A stretch of 64,000 bases of DNA. It comes from Candidatus Latescibacterota bacterium (lineage in GTDB: Bacteria; Latescibacterota; UBA2968; UBA8231). Below, in pieces: positions 26,945 through 36,117 of this stretch (position 1 is its first letter; each line of letters starts with the position of its first letter). The notes beneath the pieces are model-generated. The model saw only the letters and a list, made by a program, of their open reading frames with translations. It did no database searches and was not told the DNA's origin. The stretch is from contig OZ241867.1 in the NCBI GenBank assembly GCA_965203175.1, positions 6,016,001 to 6,080,000 of the forward strand, written 5' to 3'. The translations under genes and the position numbers were made by a program.

Positions 26945-29146
26945 GTGAAATCCTTACTGCAAAATCTTACGTCCGAGCTTCGCGCCGACCTCCTGTCTGC
27001 GAAGGCCGTTCCGGCGCTGTCAGCCGGCTTCACTTCGGGCCTAGGTCTGCTCGTCGCCCAGATTGCCTTCGGGAGCTTCATATTCTCGGGACCGTTAGCT
27101 CCCTATTCCTCCCAGGGCGTCGGCTTAGTGCTGTTTGGGAACTTCGCATCGTGCCTCATCATCGCCCTCGCGGGCGGCTACCTCGGCGCAATTGCAGGGC
27201 TGTCTCCCGCACTGGTGGTCGTCATGGCCACGATCGGGTTCACAATGAACGCCGAGGGCGACGCGCTGTTCGCGACCACCGCGGTCGCGCTCATCATCAG
27301 CGCAGTCGCCACTGGCGCGTGCTGTCTCCTGATCGGACACTTCCGACTCGCCAATCTAGTCCGCTTCATCCCCTATCCGGTGACGGGTGGGTTTGTAGCC
27401 GGAATCGGAGGAGCCGTGTGCTTGGCGGCCATGTCGTTAATGGGAGCCGAACCGGATTGGCGGGCGATTCCCTCACTCTTTGAACCCTCCGTGCTGTGGA
27501 AGTGGAGCCCGGGCGCGGCGTATGGGATCGTCTTGTACCTCGCGATTAAGCGCTGGGGCAATCCGCTGATCTTGCCGGTGAGCGTCGCACTCGCCGGAGC
27601 TGCGTACCATCTCGTACTCGCCAGTCTCGGCATTTCTATTGAAGCGGCGCGGGCGGAGGGCCTGCTGCTCTCCAGCACGGCCGATGGGAACCTGTGGCCG
27701 GCCTTGTTCCCTGCCGATCTGGTCCAAGTGCAATGGGCCTCAATGACCGAGCAACTCCCCCACATACTAACGCTGATTTTTGTTGCTTTCATCTGCGTGG
27801 TCATGAATTTCTCCGGTCTCGAATTAGCGGTGAATCAGGAATTGGACTGGGACCGGGAATTCCGGGTGACGGGCGTTGCGAGTATGGTCACCGGTCTAGG
27901 CGGCGGCACAGTGGCGACCTTTGTCGTACCGGCTTCCCTGCGCAGCAAGCTGCTCGGGGCCACAACAAGGTTGACCGGGGTGGTCGCTGCCCTCGTGATC
28001 GGGGTCGCATTGTTCCTAGGTGACGGGATACTGGGATTCGTTCCGGCATCGCTCGTAGGCGGCGGCATCCTGATCTTTGCCGGCCTCGGCATGCTGGACC
28101 AGGGCCTCGTGGCAAACTTCAGGCGGCTCCCCTGGTCGGAGTACGGCATCGTTCTGCTAATCTTCATTACAATCACGTCTTTCGGCATGATTGAGGGCGT
28201 GGGCGTCGGGATGCTCGCCACCCTCGTGTTCTTCGCCGTGCGCCTCAGCCGCGTGGACCCAATCGCATCGCAGTTCACCGCGCGCGAACGCGAGAGCAAC
28301 AAAACCCGTCCCGTCCCCGATCGCGCCATCCTGCTGGAGGAGGGCGAGCGAGTGCAGGCATACCAACTGCGCGGCTACCTCTTTTTCGGCAGCGTGCACC
28401 CCCTCGCCGATCATCTCAGGCAGTCCCTGCGCGGCGCTTCGCGTCCTACTTGCCTGATACTAGACTTCAGCGCCGTCTCCGGCTTCGACTTCTCGGCAGT
28501 AAACGTTCTGAGCAGGTTTCTGCAAACGGCGCACGCGGCCGGAGTGCGGGTGGTTCTGAGCACATTGTCCAAGGAATTGCAGACCGGACTTGAGCACAAT
28601 CTTCCGCCTGCCGTATATGCCGAGCTGCTGGTAGAGCCGGATGCGGACCGCGCCCTCGAACGCTGCGAAGACATCGTCATTGCAGAGTGGAGGGCGAACG
28701 TGGACAAGGCGGACGAGCGTCGCGCCTCGCTGATGGAGCACACCGTCGATGATCTCGAGCGCTACTTAGAGCGGCAAATTGATTTCGAAAATCTGCTGGA
28801 GGAACTCCGACCTTGGCTGAGTCCGCACCAGTACGCGGCCGACGAGGACCTCATAGGAGCGGATGCGCCGCAAGAAGGTCTGCAACTGCTGCTCTCTGGC
28901 CGGGTTTCCGGGTACGATGCCGCGGGTACGCGCCTTTTTCAGTGCGGCCCGGGCGATCCGATATGGCCGGCGGGCGCGGCAGAGCAGAAAGCGACCTCTG
29001 TGGTTGCAGACGGACCCTGCCAAGCGATGGTGTTGCCCCCGGCCGCCCTAGGCTGGCTGGAGCAGCACGAAGAGCGGCTTACCCTCAATCTGTATCGCTA
29101 CCTCCTCGCCGGCCGTCTCCAATCCGACTCGGGAGCGGAGCAATAG
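26945..29146 (+). CDS. SulP/SLC26 family anion transporter with STAS and degenerate cNMP-binding domains
   Basis: Multi-TM N-terminus with LVRFIPYPVTGGF. STAS QLRGYLFFGS..LDFSAVSGFDFSA. C-terminal LLLSGRV cNMP-like beta roll. True start may be GTG 26913 (see findings). Confidence 0.88.
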   Translation: MKSLLQNLTSELRADLLSAKAVPALSAGFTSGLGLLVAQIAFGSFIFSGPLAPYSSQGVGLVLFGNFASCLIIALAGGYLGAIAGLSPALVVVMATIGFTMNAEGDALFATTAVALIISAVATGACCLLIGHFRLANLVRFIPYPVTGGFVAGIGGAVCLAAMSLMGAEPDWRAIPSLFEPSVLWKWSPGAAYGIVLYLAIKRWGNPLILPVSVALAGAAYHLVLASLGISIEAARAEGLLLSSTADGNLWPALFPADLVQVQWASMTEQLPHILTLIFVAFICVVMNFSGLELAVNQELDWDREFRVTGVASMVTGLGGGTVATFVVPASLRSKLLGATTRLTGVVAALVIGVALFLGDGILGFVPASLVGGGILIFAGLGMLDQGLVANFRRLPWSEYGIVLLIFITITSFGMIEGVGVGMLATLVFFAVRLSRVDPIASQFTARERESNKTRPVPDRAILLEEGERVQAYQLRGYLFFGSVHPLADHLRQSLRGASRPTCLILDFSAVSGFDFSAVNVLSRFLQTAHAAGVRVVLSTLSKELQTGLEHNLPPAVYAELLVEPDADRALERCEDIVIAEWRANVDKADERRASLMEHTVDDLERYLERQIDFENLLEELRPWLSPHQYAADEDLIGADAPQEGLQLLLSGRVSGYDAAGTRLFQCGPGDPIWPAGAAEQKATSVVADGPCQAMVLPPAALGWLEQHEERLTLNLYRYLLAGRLQSDSGAEQ

Positions 29147-29202
29147 CAAGCGGTCTCCCGCAGCTAGAAGGAATCGACTTGATTCTACAGAAAGGAGTCA
29201 AG

Positions 29203-29970
29203 ATGAAGACAACCCTGACTTTCCCACTCGTCCTTTTCCTATCCGTCCCGACTGTGGCTCAAGAACAGCTTGCAGAACGACTACCGGATATAGAGCAAAC
29301 AGTGAACGCGCAAATGGTGCACGTCGAGGGCGGGTCCTTCACCATGGGATGTACGCCGGAGCAGGAGAATTGTGGTGCCGACGAAAAGCCGACGCGCCGC
29401 GTGCAAATCAACAGCTTCGAGATTGGCAGGTACGAAGTGACTCAGGAACTATGGGAAGCGGTCATGGGTGAGAACCCGAGTGCCTTTGAGGATTGCCCCC
29501 AGTGTCCGGTTGAAACGGTCAGTTGGGATGACATCCAGGCGTTTCTGGCCAAACTGAATGCGGGAGGCGGGCAGTATCGGCTGCCGAGCGAGGCGGAGTG
29601 GGAATATGCGTCGCGGGGTGGGCAGCAAAGCCAAGGGTTCCACGACGACTGGGCTGCGGTCGCTTGGTATTACGAGAACACCGACAATAGGACGCATCCG
29701 GTGGGAGAAAAACAAGCGAATGAACTGGGCTTGTTCGACATGTCGGGGAACGTCCGGGAATGGGTGCAGGACTGCTACCACGTCAATTACGACGGCGCGC
29801 CGGCTGACGGTACGGCTTGGGAGCCAGAAGATTGTGTTCGTCGTGCGATGCGCGGCGGCTCCTGGTACGGCAAGCCGAGTTACGTCCGCTCGGCCAACCG
29901 CTTCTGGTACGCCACGTATTTCCGCAACAACAACCTCGGCTTCCGCATTGTCCGGACGATCCAAGAATAG
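29203..29970 (+). CDS. Secreted FGE-sulfatase (SUMF1)/C-type-lectin-fold protein, non-catalytic
   Basis: AAGGAG RBS and signal peptide. GGSFTMG, YEVTQ, PVETVSW, RLPSEAEWEYA, GLFDMSGNVREW, RGGSW, GFRIVR. Lacks the FGE catalytic Cys pair. Confidence 0.9.
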   Translation: MKTTLTFPLVLFLSVPTVAQEQLAERLPDIEQTVNAQMVHVEGGSFTMGCTPEQENCGADEKPTRRVQINSFEIGRYEVTQELWEAVMGENPSAFEDCPQCPVETVSWDDIQAFLAKLNAGGGQYRLPSEAEWEYASRGGQQSQGFHDDWAAVAWYYENTDNRTHPVGEKQANELGLFDMSGNVREWVQDCYHVNYDGAPADGTAWEPEDCVRRAMRGGSWYGKPSYVRSANRFWYATYFRNNNLGFRIVRTIQE

Positions 29971-30048
29971 AAAATCCCTGCCATCGGGTGCCACTTCCAA
30001 GCCACCACCGAACTGGCGAGAGCGGATTCATTCCCTATCGACATGTCC

Positions 30049-30077
30049 TTGACATCATATGTTGTCAAAGACATATT
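30049..30077 (+). promoter_or_regulatory. Promoter with overlapping palindromic operator for the TA operon (probably leaderless)
   Basis: TTGACA (30049), 17 bp, CATATT (30072). Near-perfect palindrome TTGACATCATATGTTGTCAA at 30049-30068. ATG at 30084 with no SD. Confidence 0.7.
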
Positions 30078-30083
30078 TCTCAC

Positions 30084-30446
30084 ATGAGTTGGACAGTCGA
30101 AATCGCCGACGAGTTTGAGCCGGAATTCGACAGTCTGCATGAGGATGTGCAAACCGAGATCCTAGCGCTGTCGCGTCTGTTGCAGCAGTTCGGGCCGCAA
30201 CTAGGACGGCCCCGAGTAGACACGCTGAACGGCTCCCAACATGCGAACATGAAGGAGATGCGGTTCAGTGCTGCGGATGGAGAATGGCGTCTAGCGTTTG
30301 CCTTCGATCCGGCGCGCAAGGCCATCCTGCTCGTCGCAGGCGACAAGTCTGGAGTCAATGCTAGACGGTTCTACCGTGCGCTCATCCGCAAGGCCGACGA
30401 GCGGTTCGACCGGCATTTAGCCAGGCTCGCGAAGGAAGGAGATTAA
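30084..30446 (+). CDS. RelE/HigB (Gp49-like) type II toxin
   Basis: MSWTVE, GPQLGRPRVDTLNGS.HANMKEMR, WRLAFAFDPARKAILLVAGDK. Confidence 0.9.
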   Translation: MSWTVEIADEFEPEFDSLHEDVQTEILALSRLLQQFGPQLGRPRVDTLNGSQHANMKEMRFSAADGEWRLAFAFDPARKAILLVAGDKSGVNARRFYRALIRKADERFDRHLARLAKEGD

Positions 30447-30775
30447 TGATGCCTTTGAATGTGGAAGACAAGATTGCGACGCTGGATCCCGCTCGGCGAC
30501 GCAAGGTCGAGGATCGGGCGGCAGAACTCATTGCCGAGGAGATGACCCTGCGTGAACTGCGCAAGGCTCGGCAGCTTACTCAGGCACGCGTCGCTCACCA
30601 ACTCGGCATCTCGCAGGACGGCGTCTCTCGGCTCGAGCAACGAAGCGATCTGTTGCTCTCGACGTTGCGCAAGACAGTGGAGGCCATGGGCGGCAGCCTT
30701 TCGCTCATCGCCAGATTTCCCGACCGTCCGCCGGTCGAGCTGTCAGGCATTGCCGACAGCGATTCCCGCGACTGA
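30446..30775 (+). CDS. HigA-like XRE HTH antitoxin
   Basis: LRELRKARQLTQ..VA..LGISQDGVSRLE, LSTLRKTVEAMGG; directly follows the toxin. Confidence 0.9.
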   Translation: MMPLNVEDKIATLDPARRRKVEDRAAELIAEEMTLRELRKARQLTQARVAHQLGISQDGVSRLEQRSDLLLSTLRKTVEAMGGSLSLIARFPDRPPVELSGIADSDSRD

Positions 30776-30803
30776 CACCCAAGACAACGCGAACTCCACT
30801 CGC

Positions 30804-31509
30804 ATGGATATTAAGGCGCTAACTGTCGATGTCTTTGGCACGGTCACCGACTGGTACTCTACCATTGTGCGAGAGGGTGAGCGATTGGGCTCCGACAAGC
30901 GGCTTTCTGTGGACTGGGCGCGCTTTGCCACGGCTTGGCGCGGTGGCTATGAACCTGCTATGGGGTCGCGTGCGGAGCGGCGAATTGCCTTGGACGACAA
31001 TAGACGCGCTCCACCGAATGATTCTCGACGACATTCTGCAAGACTTCTCGATTCCCGAGTTGTCCGAGGACGAGCGCAGTTATTTCAATCGCGTTTGGCA
31101 CAGACTGGATCCGTGGCCCGATGTGGTCGGCGGCATGTTGCGGTTGCAGTCCAAATACATTGTTGCCGCGCTTTCCAATGGCAACATGTCGCTGCTGACC
31201 AACATGGCGAAGCACGCCGGTATTCCGTGGGACTGTATCTTGTCAGCAGAGCTTGCGCGGCATTACAAGCCGGACCGGGAAGTGTACGAGACGGCGGCAC
31301 ATCTTCTCGATTTGGAGCCGCCTGAAATCCTGATGGTCGCGGCGCATCGCCACGACTTAGAGGGAGCTAGAGCCGTTGGCTTCAAAACGGCCTTCATTCC
31401 ACGTCCTCTTGAATGGGGACCAGACGGCCAAGCAGACACCGCGCAAGACGGAGATTTTGACATAATTGCGGAGGATTTTCACGACCTTGCGGCGCAACTT
31501 GGGATCTAA
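30804..31509 (+). pseudogene. Haloacid dehalogenase type II, split by a +1 frameshift in a G run (or sequencing error)
   Basis: MDIKALTVDVFGTV..GGYEPAM lies in one frame and GRVRSGELPW..LSNGN..YKPD..MVAAH..D in the next. Removing one G from GGGG at 30962-30965 joins them. Confidence 0.85.
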
Positions 31510-31524
31510 CTGCCGAGAGAAGCC

Positions 31525-32943
31525 ATGCAAAGGTATTCGCCATTCGACAAAGCCATCCGTGATCTTCAGCCTTCTGACCTCACTATTCTGAGGAAAGTTC
31601 ATGAAGGCTGGTATGTGGAGTACAAAAGCCAAATGGTCAAAGCCAGCGCACTTGCGAAATCTCTCTCTGCGTTCGCCAACACATACGGCGGCTGGCTGTT
31701 CATTGGAGTGCAAGAACAAAGCGGGGACAATGCCGTTGCGGGCGAGTTTCCCGGTATTCCTGAAGAAGATGTGGATGGCACCCTACAGAGTCTGCGCCAT
31801 TCGGCCGCCGATCATCTCAACCCGACACCATTTTTCGAGACGACGGTTCTACGAGGACCGTGTGACGAGAACGGATTAGCTGAAGGCAAAGCGATAATCG
31901 CGGTCGAAATCCCGCAAAGCTACACCGCGCCGCATGTTCATAAAGATGGGCGTATCTACAGACGGGTGGCGGATGGATCGGAGCCCAAGCCGGAGATAGA
32001 CCGGTTCGTCCTCGATCAGCTCTGGCGTCGTGCTGAACCTATTCGCGAAAGAACACGCGAATGGATCGAGCGCGACCCGGAGTTCTCTCAGGAAGAAAAG
32101 GAGATACCTTATGTACGCGTTTTACTCTGTGTAGACCCTTGGCGTCAGCACGTTGCTCGGCTAGGCGCACGGCTTCCTGAAATCAGACGTATTCTGACCA
32201 GCCATACAATAGCAGGTATTCCGTCGGTCCCTTTTGATACGGTCTACACCACATCAGGGGGACTCATCGCCCGTCAGCTAAAAGGGAACGATCCTCATAA
32301 TTATGTATTGACCTGGAGAATACGACGTGACCTGTCCTGCGACATCGTCCTGCCCCTACCGTTCTACGCACCGAGTGCCCCAAGTGACTTAATCATAGAC
32401 CTCGACGGTTATGTCAACGCTCCGCGCTTCATTGATATTCTAAAAAAGCACAAGTACCCCCGACCGCGTATAGCCGATCTGAATTTCCTGATGAACATAC
32501 TGACCGGTGTTGTCTCGCAATACCGACGCCTGCTGAAGCTTGCTGATGCAGAGGGGAAATTTTACTTCAAGGCCCGCGTTCTGAATGCTTGGCGGATGGT
32601 GCCTTTCGTCGATGTCGAAACAGTGCTGAGTGAGTTCAAAGCGCACGGCCTGCCCATGGTGATGGACAGGACAGTCACCGTACCGTCTGGCCATGATCCT
32701 GACTCCTTTGCGTTTATTGACGAGCCGAAAATTGAAGAGAGCGAGTACAAAGAGCTAACAGTCAACATGGCACAGGCAAGCCTTATGATTATACGTATCG
32801 CACGGGTATTTGGCGTGCCGATCCTTATCGAAGGTGAAACCGAGGATGACATAGAGATGCTCTTGGATCTTGAGTTGAATGCTGCGGGCGAAAGGGCGAT
32901 GACTGTTCAGCAAAATCGAAACAAACGACGCACGGGGGTCTAA
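31525..32943 (+). CDS. Schlafen/AlbA_2 domain protein with uncharacterised C-terminal region
   Basis: EGWYVEYKS, LSAFANTYGGWLFIGV, PHVHKDGRIYRR. Visibly lower GC than neighbours. Confidence 0.8.
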   Translation: MQRYSPFDKAIRDLQPSDLTILRKVHEGWYVEYKSQMVKASALAKSLSAFANTYGGWLFIGVQEQSGDNAVAGEFPGIPEEDVDGTLQSLRHSAADHLNPTPFFETTVLRGPCDENGLAEGKAIIAVEIPQSYTAPHVHKDGRIYRRVADGSEPKPEIDRFVLDQLWRRAEPIRERTREWIERDPEFSQEEKEIPYVRVLLCVDPWRQHVARLGARLPEIRRILTSHTIAGIPSVPFDTVYTTSGGLIARQLKGNDPHNYVLTWRIRRDLSCDIVLPLPFYAPSAPSDLIIDLDGYVNAPRFIDILKKHKYPRPRIADLNFLMNILTGVVSQYRRLLKLADAEGKFYFKARVLNAWRMVPFVDVETVLSEFKAHGLPMVMDRTVTVPSGHDPDSFAFIDEPKIEESEYKELTVNMAQASLMIIRIARVFGVPILIEGETEDDIEMLLDLELNAAGERAMTVQQNRNKRRTGV

Positions 32944-34623
32944 ATGCCCTCCCCCACCGGCATCGACCGCAACCTAACCCACTACGCCGACCCAGGTTTT
33001 AGCCGCTACATACGCCGCGCTTTTCTCGCTTCGGCCGGCTACGACGAGGCGGATTTAGAGCGCCCCGTCGTCGGCATCGCCGATACCTCGTCCGACTACA
33101 CCACCTGCCATCGCGCCATGCCCCAACTCGTAGAAGCCGTCAAACGCGGCGTGCTAGAAGCGGGCGGCCTACCCCTCGTCTTTCCAACTCTTTCCCTCGG
33201 CGAAATCCTCCTCTCCCCCACCGCCATGCTCTACCGCAACCTCATGGCCATGGCGACCGAGGAAATGATCACCGCCCAGCCCATGGACGCGGTCGTGCTG
33301 CTCGGCGGCTGCGACAAAACCCTGCCAGCCCAACTCATGGCCGCAGCGTCCGCGTCCGTGCCCGCCATCCACCTCGTCGCCGGGCCGATGCTAGCCGGAG
33401 ACTGGCGCGGCGAGCGATTGGGCGCATGCACAGATTGCCGCCGCTACTGGGCACAGCACCGAGCCGGTGCGCTCGACGCCGAAGAAATCGCCGCTGTCGA
33501 GCAGAGCCTGTGCCCAACCGCCGGAACCTGCATGGTCATGGGCACGGCCTCAACCATGGCCTGCGTGACCGAAGCCCTCGGGCTAATGCTGCCGGGCGCA
33601 GCCACCCCACCCGCAGTCTCCGGCCAGCGTTCGCGGCTCGGAGTCGCCACAGGTCGCCGGGCCGTAGCCTTAGCCACCAAGGGACGCTCAGCGCGGGACA
33701 TACTAACGCCAGCGGCTTTTGCCAACGCGCTCAAGGTGCTGGCCGCACTGAGCGGCTCGACGAATGCGGTCGTGCATCTGCTCGCCATTGCGCGCCGGGC
33801 AGGCGTGGACTTGTCATTAGACGACTTCCACACAGCGGCCCAACAAGTGCCGCTGCTGGTCGATTGCAAACCAGCGGGCATTGGGTACATGGAGGATTTC
33901 GACAAGGCCGGCGGCGTACCCGTCCTGCTCAAGGCACTGGAGCCAATGCTCGATCTCGATGCAATAGGAGTCAGCGGCCAAACCCTCGGCGCGCTCTTGC
34001 AGAACGTGGCCGCACCCGGCGCGTGGCAAACCGCGATCCGCACCTTGGACGCGCCGCTGGGGCCAGCGTCATCCCTCGTAGTGCTAAAAGGCTCGCTCGC
34101 ACCAGACGGAGCCGTCTTGAAAAAAGCCACCTCGTCCCCGCACCTGCACAAGCACCGAGGGCCAGCCATCGTATTCGAGGGACCAGACGATGCCACGCGC
34201 GTTGACGACCCCGCCTTGGGCATTACGCCAGAGCACGTGCTAGTGCTGCGCGGAGCCGGGCCAGTGGCCCTCGGCATGCCCGAAGCCGGGTCCATGCCCT
34301 TGCCCAAGCACCTCGCCGCGCAAGGCGTCGAAGACATGGTGCGCGTCTCCGATGGGCGGATGAGCGGCACGGCGTATGGAACGGTCGCTTTGCACGTAGC
34401 GCCAGAAGCGGCAGTCGGCGGGCCATTGGCACTCGTCCGCGACGGCGACCTGATCGAATTGGACGTAGAAGCCGGGCGCTTAGATTTACTAGTCCCCGAG
34501 GAAACCCTCGCCCGCCGGCGGGCCGAATGGACCGCACCCGCTGCGCCAACACGCGGGTGGCGGCATTTATACGCCAAGCGCGTATTGCAGGCAAACTTGG
34601 GTGCGGATTTAGATTTTTGCTAA
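32944..34623 (+). CDS. Dihydroxy-acid/sugar-acid dehydratase (IlvD/Edd family)
   Basis: TTCH, GGCDKT, GTCMVMGTAST, GSTNA, GMPE, SDGRMSGT, HVAPEAAVGG. Confidence 0.92.
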   Translation: MPSPTGIDRNLTHYADPGFSRYIRRAFLASAGYDEADLERPVVGIADTSSDYTTCHRAMPQLVEAVKRGVLEAGGLPLVFPTLSLGEILLSPTAMLYRNLMAMATEEMITAQPMDAVVLLGGCDKTLPAQLMAAASASVPAIHLVAGPMLAGDWRGERLGACTDCRRYWAQHRAGALDAEEIAAVEQSLCPTAGTCMVMGTASTMACVTEALGLMLPGAATPPAVSGQRSRLGVATGRRAVALATKGRSARDILTPAAFANALKVLAALSGSTNAVVHLLAIARRAGVDLSLDDFHTAAQQVPLLVDCKPAGIGYMEDFDKAGGVPVLLKALEPMLDLDAIGVSGQTLGALLQNVAAPGAWQTAIRTLDAPLGPASSLVVLKGSLAPDGAVLKKATSSPHLHKHRGPAIVFEGPDDATRVDDPALGITPEHVLVLRGAGPVALGMPEAGSMPLPKHLAAQGVEDMVRVSDGRMSGTAYGTVALHVAPEAAVGGPLALVRDGDLIELDVEAGRLDLLVPEETLARRRAEWTAPAAPTRGWRHLYAKRVLQANLGADLDFC

Positions 34624-34646
34624 GTACACGACAGTAGAGTGGTCTG

Positions 34647-34729
34647 AGATGCTTCGCTTCGCTCAGCATGACAAGTGCTGATGCTCTGCTTCTCAGTGTC
34701 ATGCTGAGCGGAGCGGAGTCGAAGCATCT
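34647..34729. repeat. Intergenic REP/REPIN-like inverted repeat pair
   Basis: AGATGCTTCGCTTCGCTCAGCATGACA (34647-34673) is the reverse complement of TGTCATGCTGAGCGGAGCGGAGTCGAAGCATCT (34697-34729) apart from a small insertion; 23-bp spacer. Confidence 0.8.
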
Positions 34730-34765
34730 TATACCTATTTTGCTAAACAACGCGAGGAGGAATAC

Positions 34766-36112
34766 ATGCTTAGCGCATTGCTCGCCGAGCGCGAGCGGCA
34801 AGGCAAACCCATCCGGGTCGGCATCATCGGCGCGGGAAAATTCGGCGGCGGGTTGGTCGCGCAGATCGCCCAGATGCAGGGCATGGTCGTCTCGGCTATC
34901 GCCGACATCGACCTAGCGCGCACCCGCTACGCATACGAAGCGGGATACGGGGACGTTGCAGTGGAAACGGCAGATAGCCCACAGGCATTGGCAGAGGCCA
35001 TTCACACGAGAAAATTCACCGCCGTTGAAGACGGGCTGTTAGTCGCGCAAGCCGAAGATTTAGACGTGGTGGTAGAGGCGACCGGCTCGACCTCGGTCGG
35101 GGCCAGCATGGCCAGCGCGGCCATCGCCAGCGGCAACCACCTCGTAATGGTCAATGTCGAAACAGACGTGACCATCGGCTCCCTACTCAAGCGCAAAGCC
35201 GATAGCGCGGGCGTGGTGTACTCCCTCGTCGATGGCGATCAACCCGGAGTGACCATGAACGTAATCGAATGGGCGTGGTCCCTCGGCTTGGAGGTAGTAG
35301 CTGCGGGCCGAGGCACCATCCTCTTTGCCGACGATCCCCAAGGCACGCCCGACAACACCGCGGCGCGCTTCGGCTTTGACGAAGAGACCTTGCAGCGGCG
35401 CAACATCAGCCTGAAGATGTACAACTCCTTCCGCGACGGCACCAAAGCCCAAGTCGAGGCCACGGCCATCGCCAACATGGCCGGACTAGTCCCCGACATA
35501 AGGGGCATGCACGAGCCGTCGTGCAACTTGGCCGACATCCCGCAAAAATTCAGCTTGGTCGAAGAAGGGGGGCTGCTAAGCCAGCGCGGCGTCATAGAGC
35601 TAGCCAACAGCGTCGCCGAGGACGGCAAGACCCGGCTCGCCAACCCGCTGGGCATGGGCGTCTTCGTCGTCGTCCGCAGCGAACACCCCTTCACCATAGA
35701 AGACCTCACCACCTACGACCTGCATCCGGGCGGCGACGGCAAAAACTTCCTCCTCTACCGCCCCTATCACTTGGTGGCAGTTGAAGCCCCAATCACCATC
35801 GCCAAAGTCGCACTCTACGGCCTACCAACCGGTGCTCCGCGCTCCGTGCCCACAGCCGATGTAATCGCCGTAGCCAAGCGGGATCTCAAAGCCGGCGAGA
35901 CGCTCGACGGCGGGGGCGGCTACACCGTCTTGGGGCAAAGTGAAAAGGCGACCGTGGCGCGCCAAAAGGGCCTGTTGCCGTTAGGACTGTCGGGCGGAAC
36001 CGTGCTCAAGCAAGACGTGCGGCAAGGCGACGCCATCGGCTACGCCATGGTCAAATTGCCGGATTCGCTCGCACTGCAACTGCGGCGTGAGCAGGACGCC
36101 ATGGGCGAATAA
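34766..36112 (+). CDS. NAD(P)-dependent oxidoreductase (homoserine dehydrogenase-like) with C-terminal SAF domain
   Basis: GIIGAGKFG, MVNVETD, DGDQPG, DGTK, YRPYHL, AKRDLKAGETLDGGGG (SAF). Confidence 0.88.
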   Translation: MLSALLAERERQGKPIRVGIIGAGKFGGGLVAQIAQMQGMVVSAIADIDLARTRYAYEAGYGDVAVETADSPQALAEAIHTRKFTAVEDGLLVAQAEDLDVVVEATGSTSVGASMASAAIASGNHLVMVNVETDVTIGSLLKRKADSAGVVYSLVDGDQPGVTMNVIEWAWSLGLEVVAAGRGTILFADDPQGTPDNTAARFGFDEETLQRRNISLKMYNSFRDGTKAQVEATAIANMAGLVPDIRGMHEPSCNLADIPQKFSLVEEGGLLSQRGVIELANSVAEDGKTRLANPLGMGVFVVVRSEHPFTIEDLTTYDLHPGGDGKNFLLYRPYHLVAVEAPITIAKVALYGLPTGAPRSVPTADVIAVAKRDLKAGETLDGGGGYTVLGQSEKATVARQKGLLPLGLSGGTVLKQDVRQGDAIGYAMVKLPDSLALQLRREQDAMGE

Positions 36113-36117
36113 ATCAG

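Noticed and set aside
28813-29202. Long N-terminal extension of the FGE ORF
   Set aside because: It is out-of-frame overlap with SulP; the RBS and signal peptide start at 29203.
29203-30080. Complete diversity-generating retroelement
   Set aside because: No reverse transcriptase, template repeat, Avd or convincing downstream hairpin in the window.
33444-34577. Long antisense and alternate-frame ORFs (also 12746-13759, 17121-18131, 40288-41511, 44435-45307)
   Set aside because: These are shadow ORFs expected in GC-rich coding DNA; they have no motifs and overlap well-supported genes.
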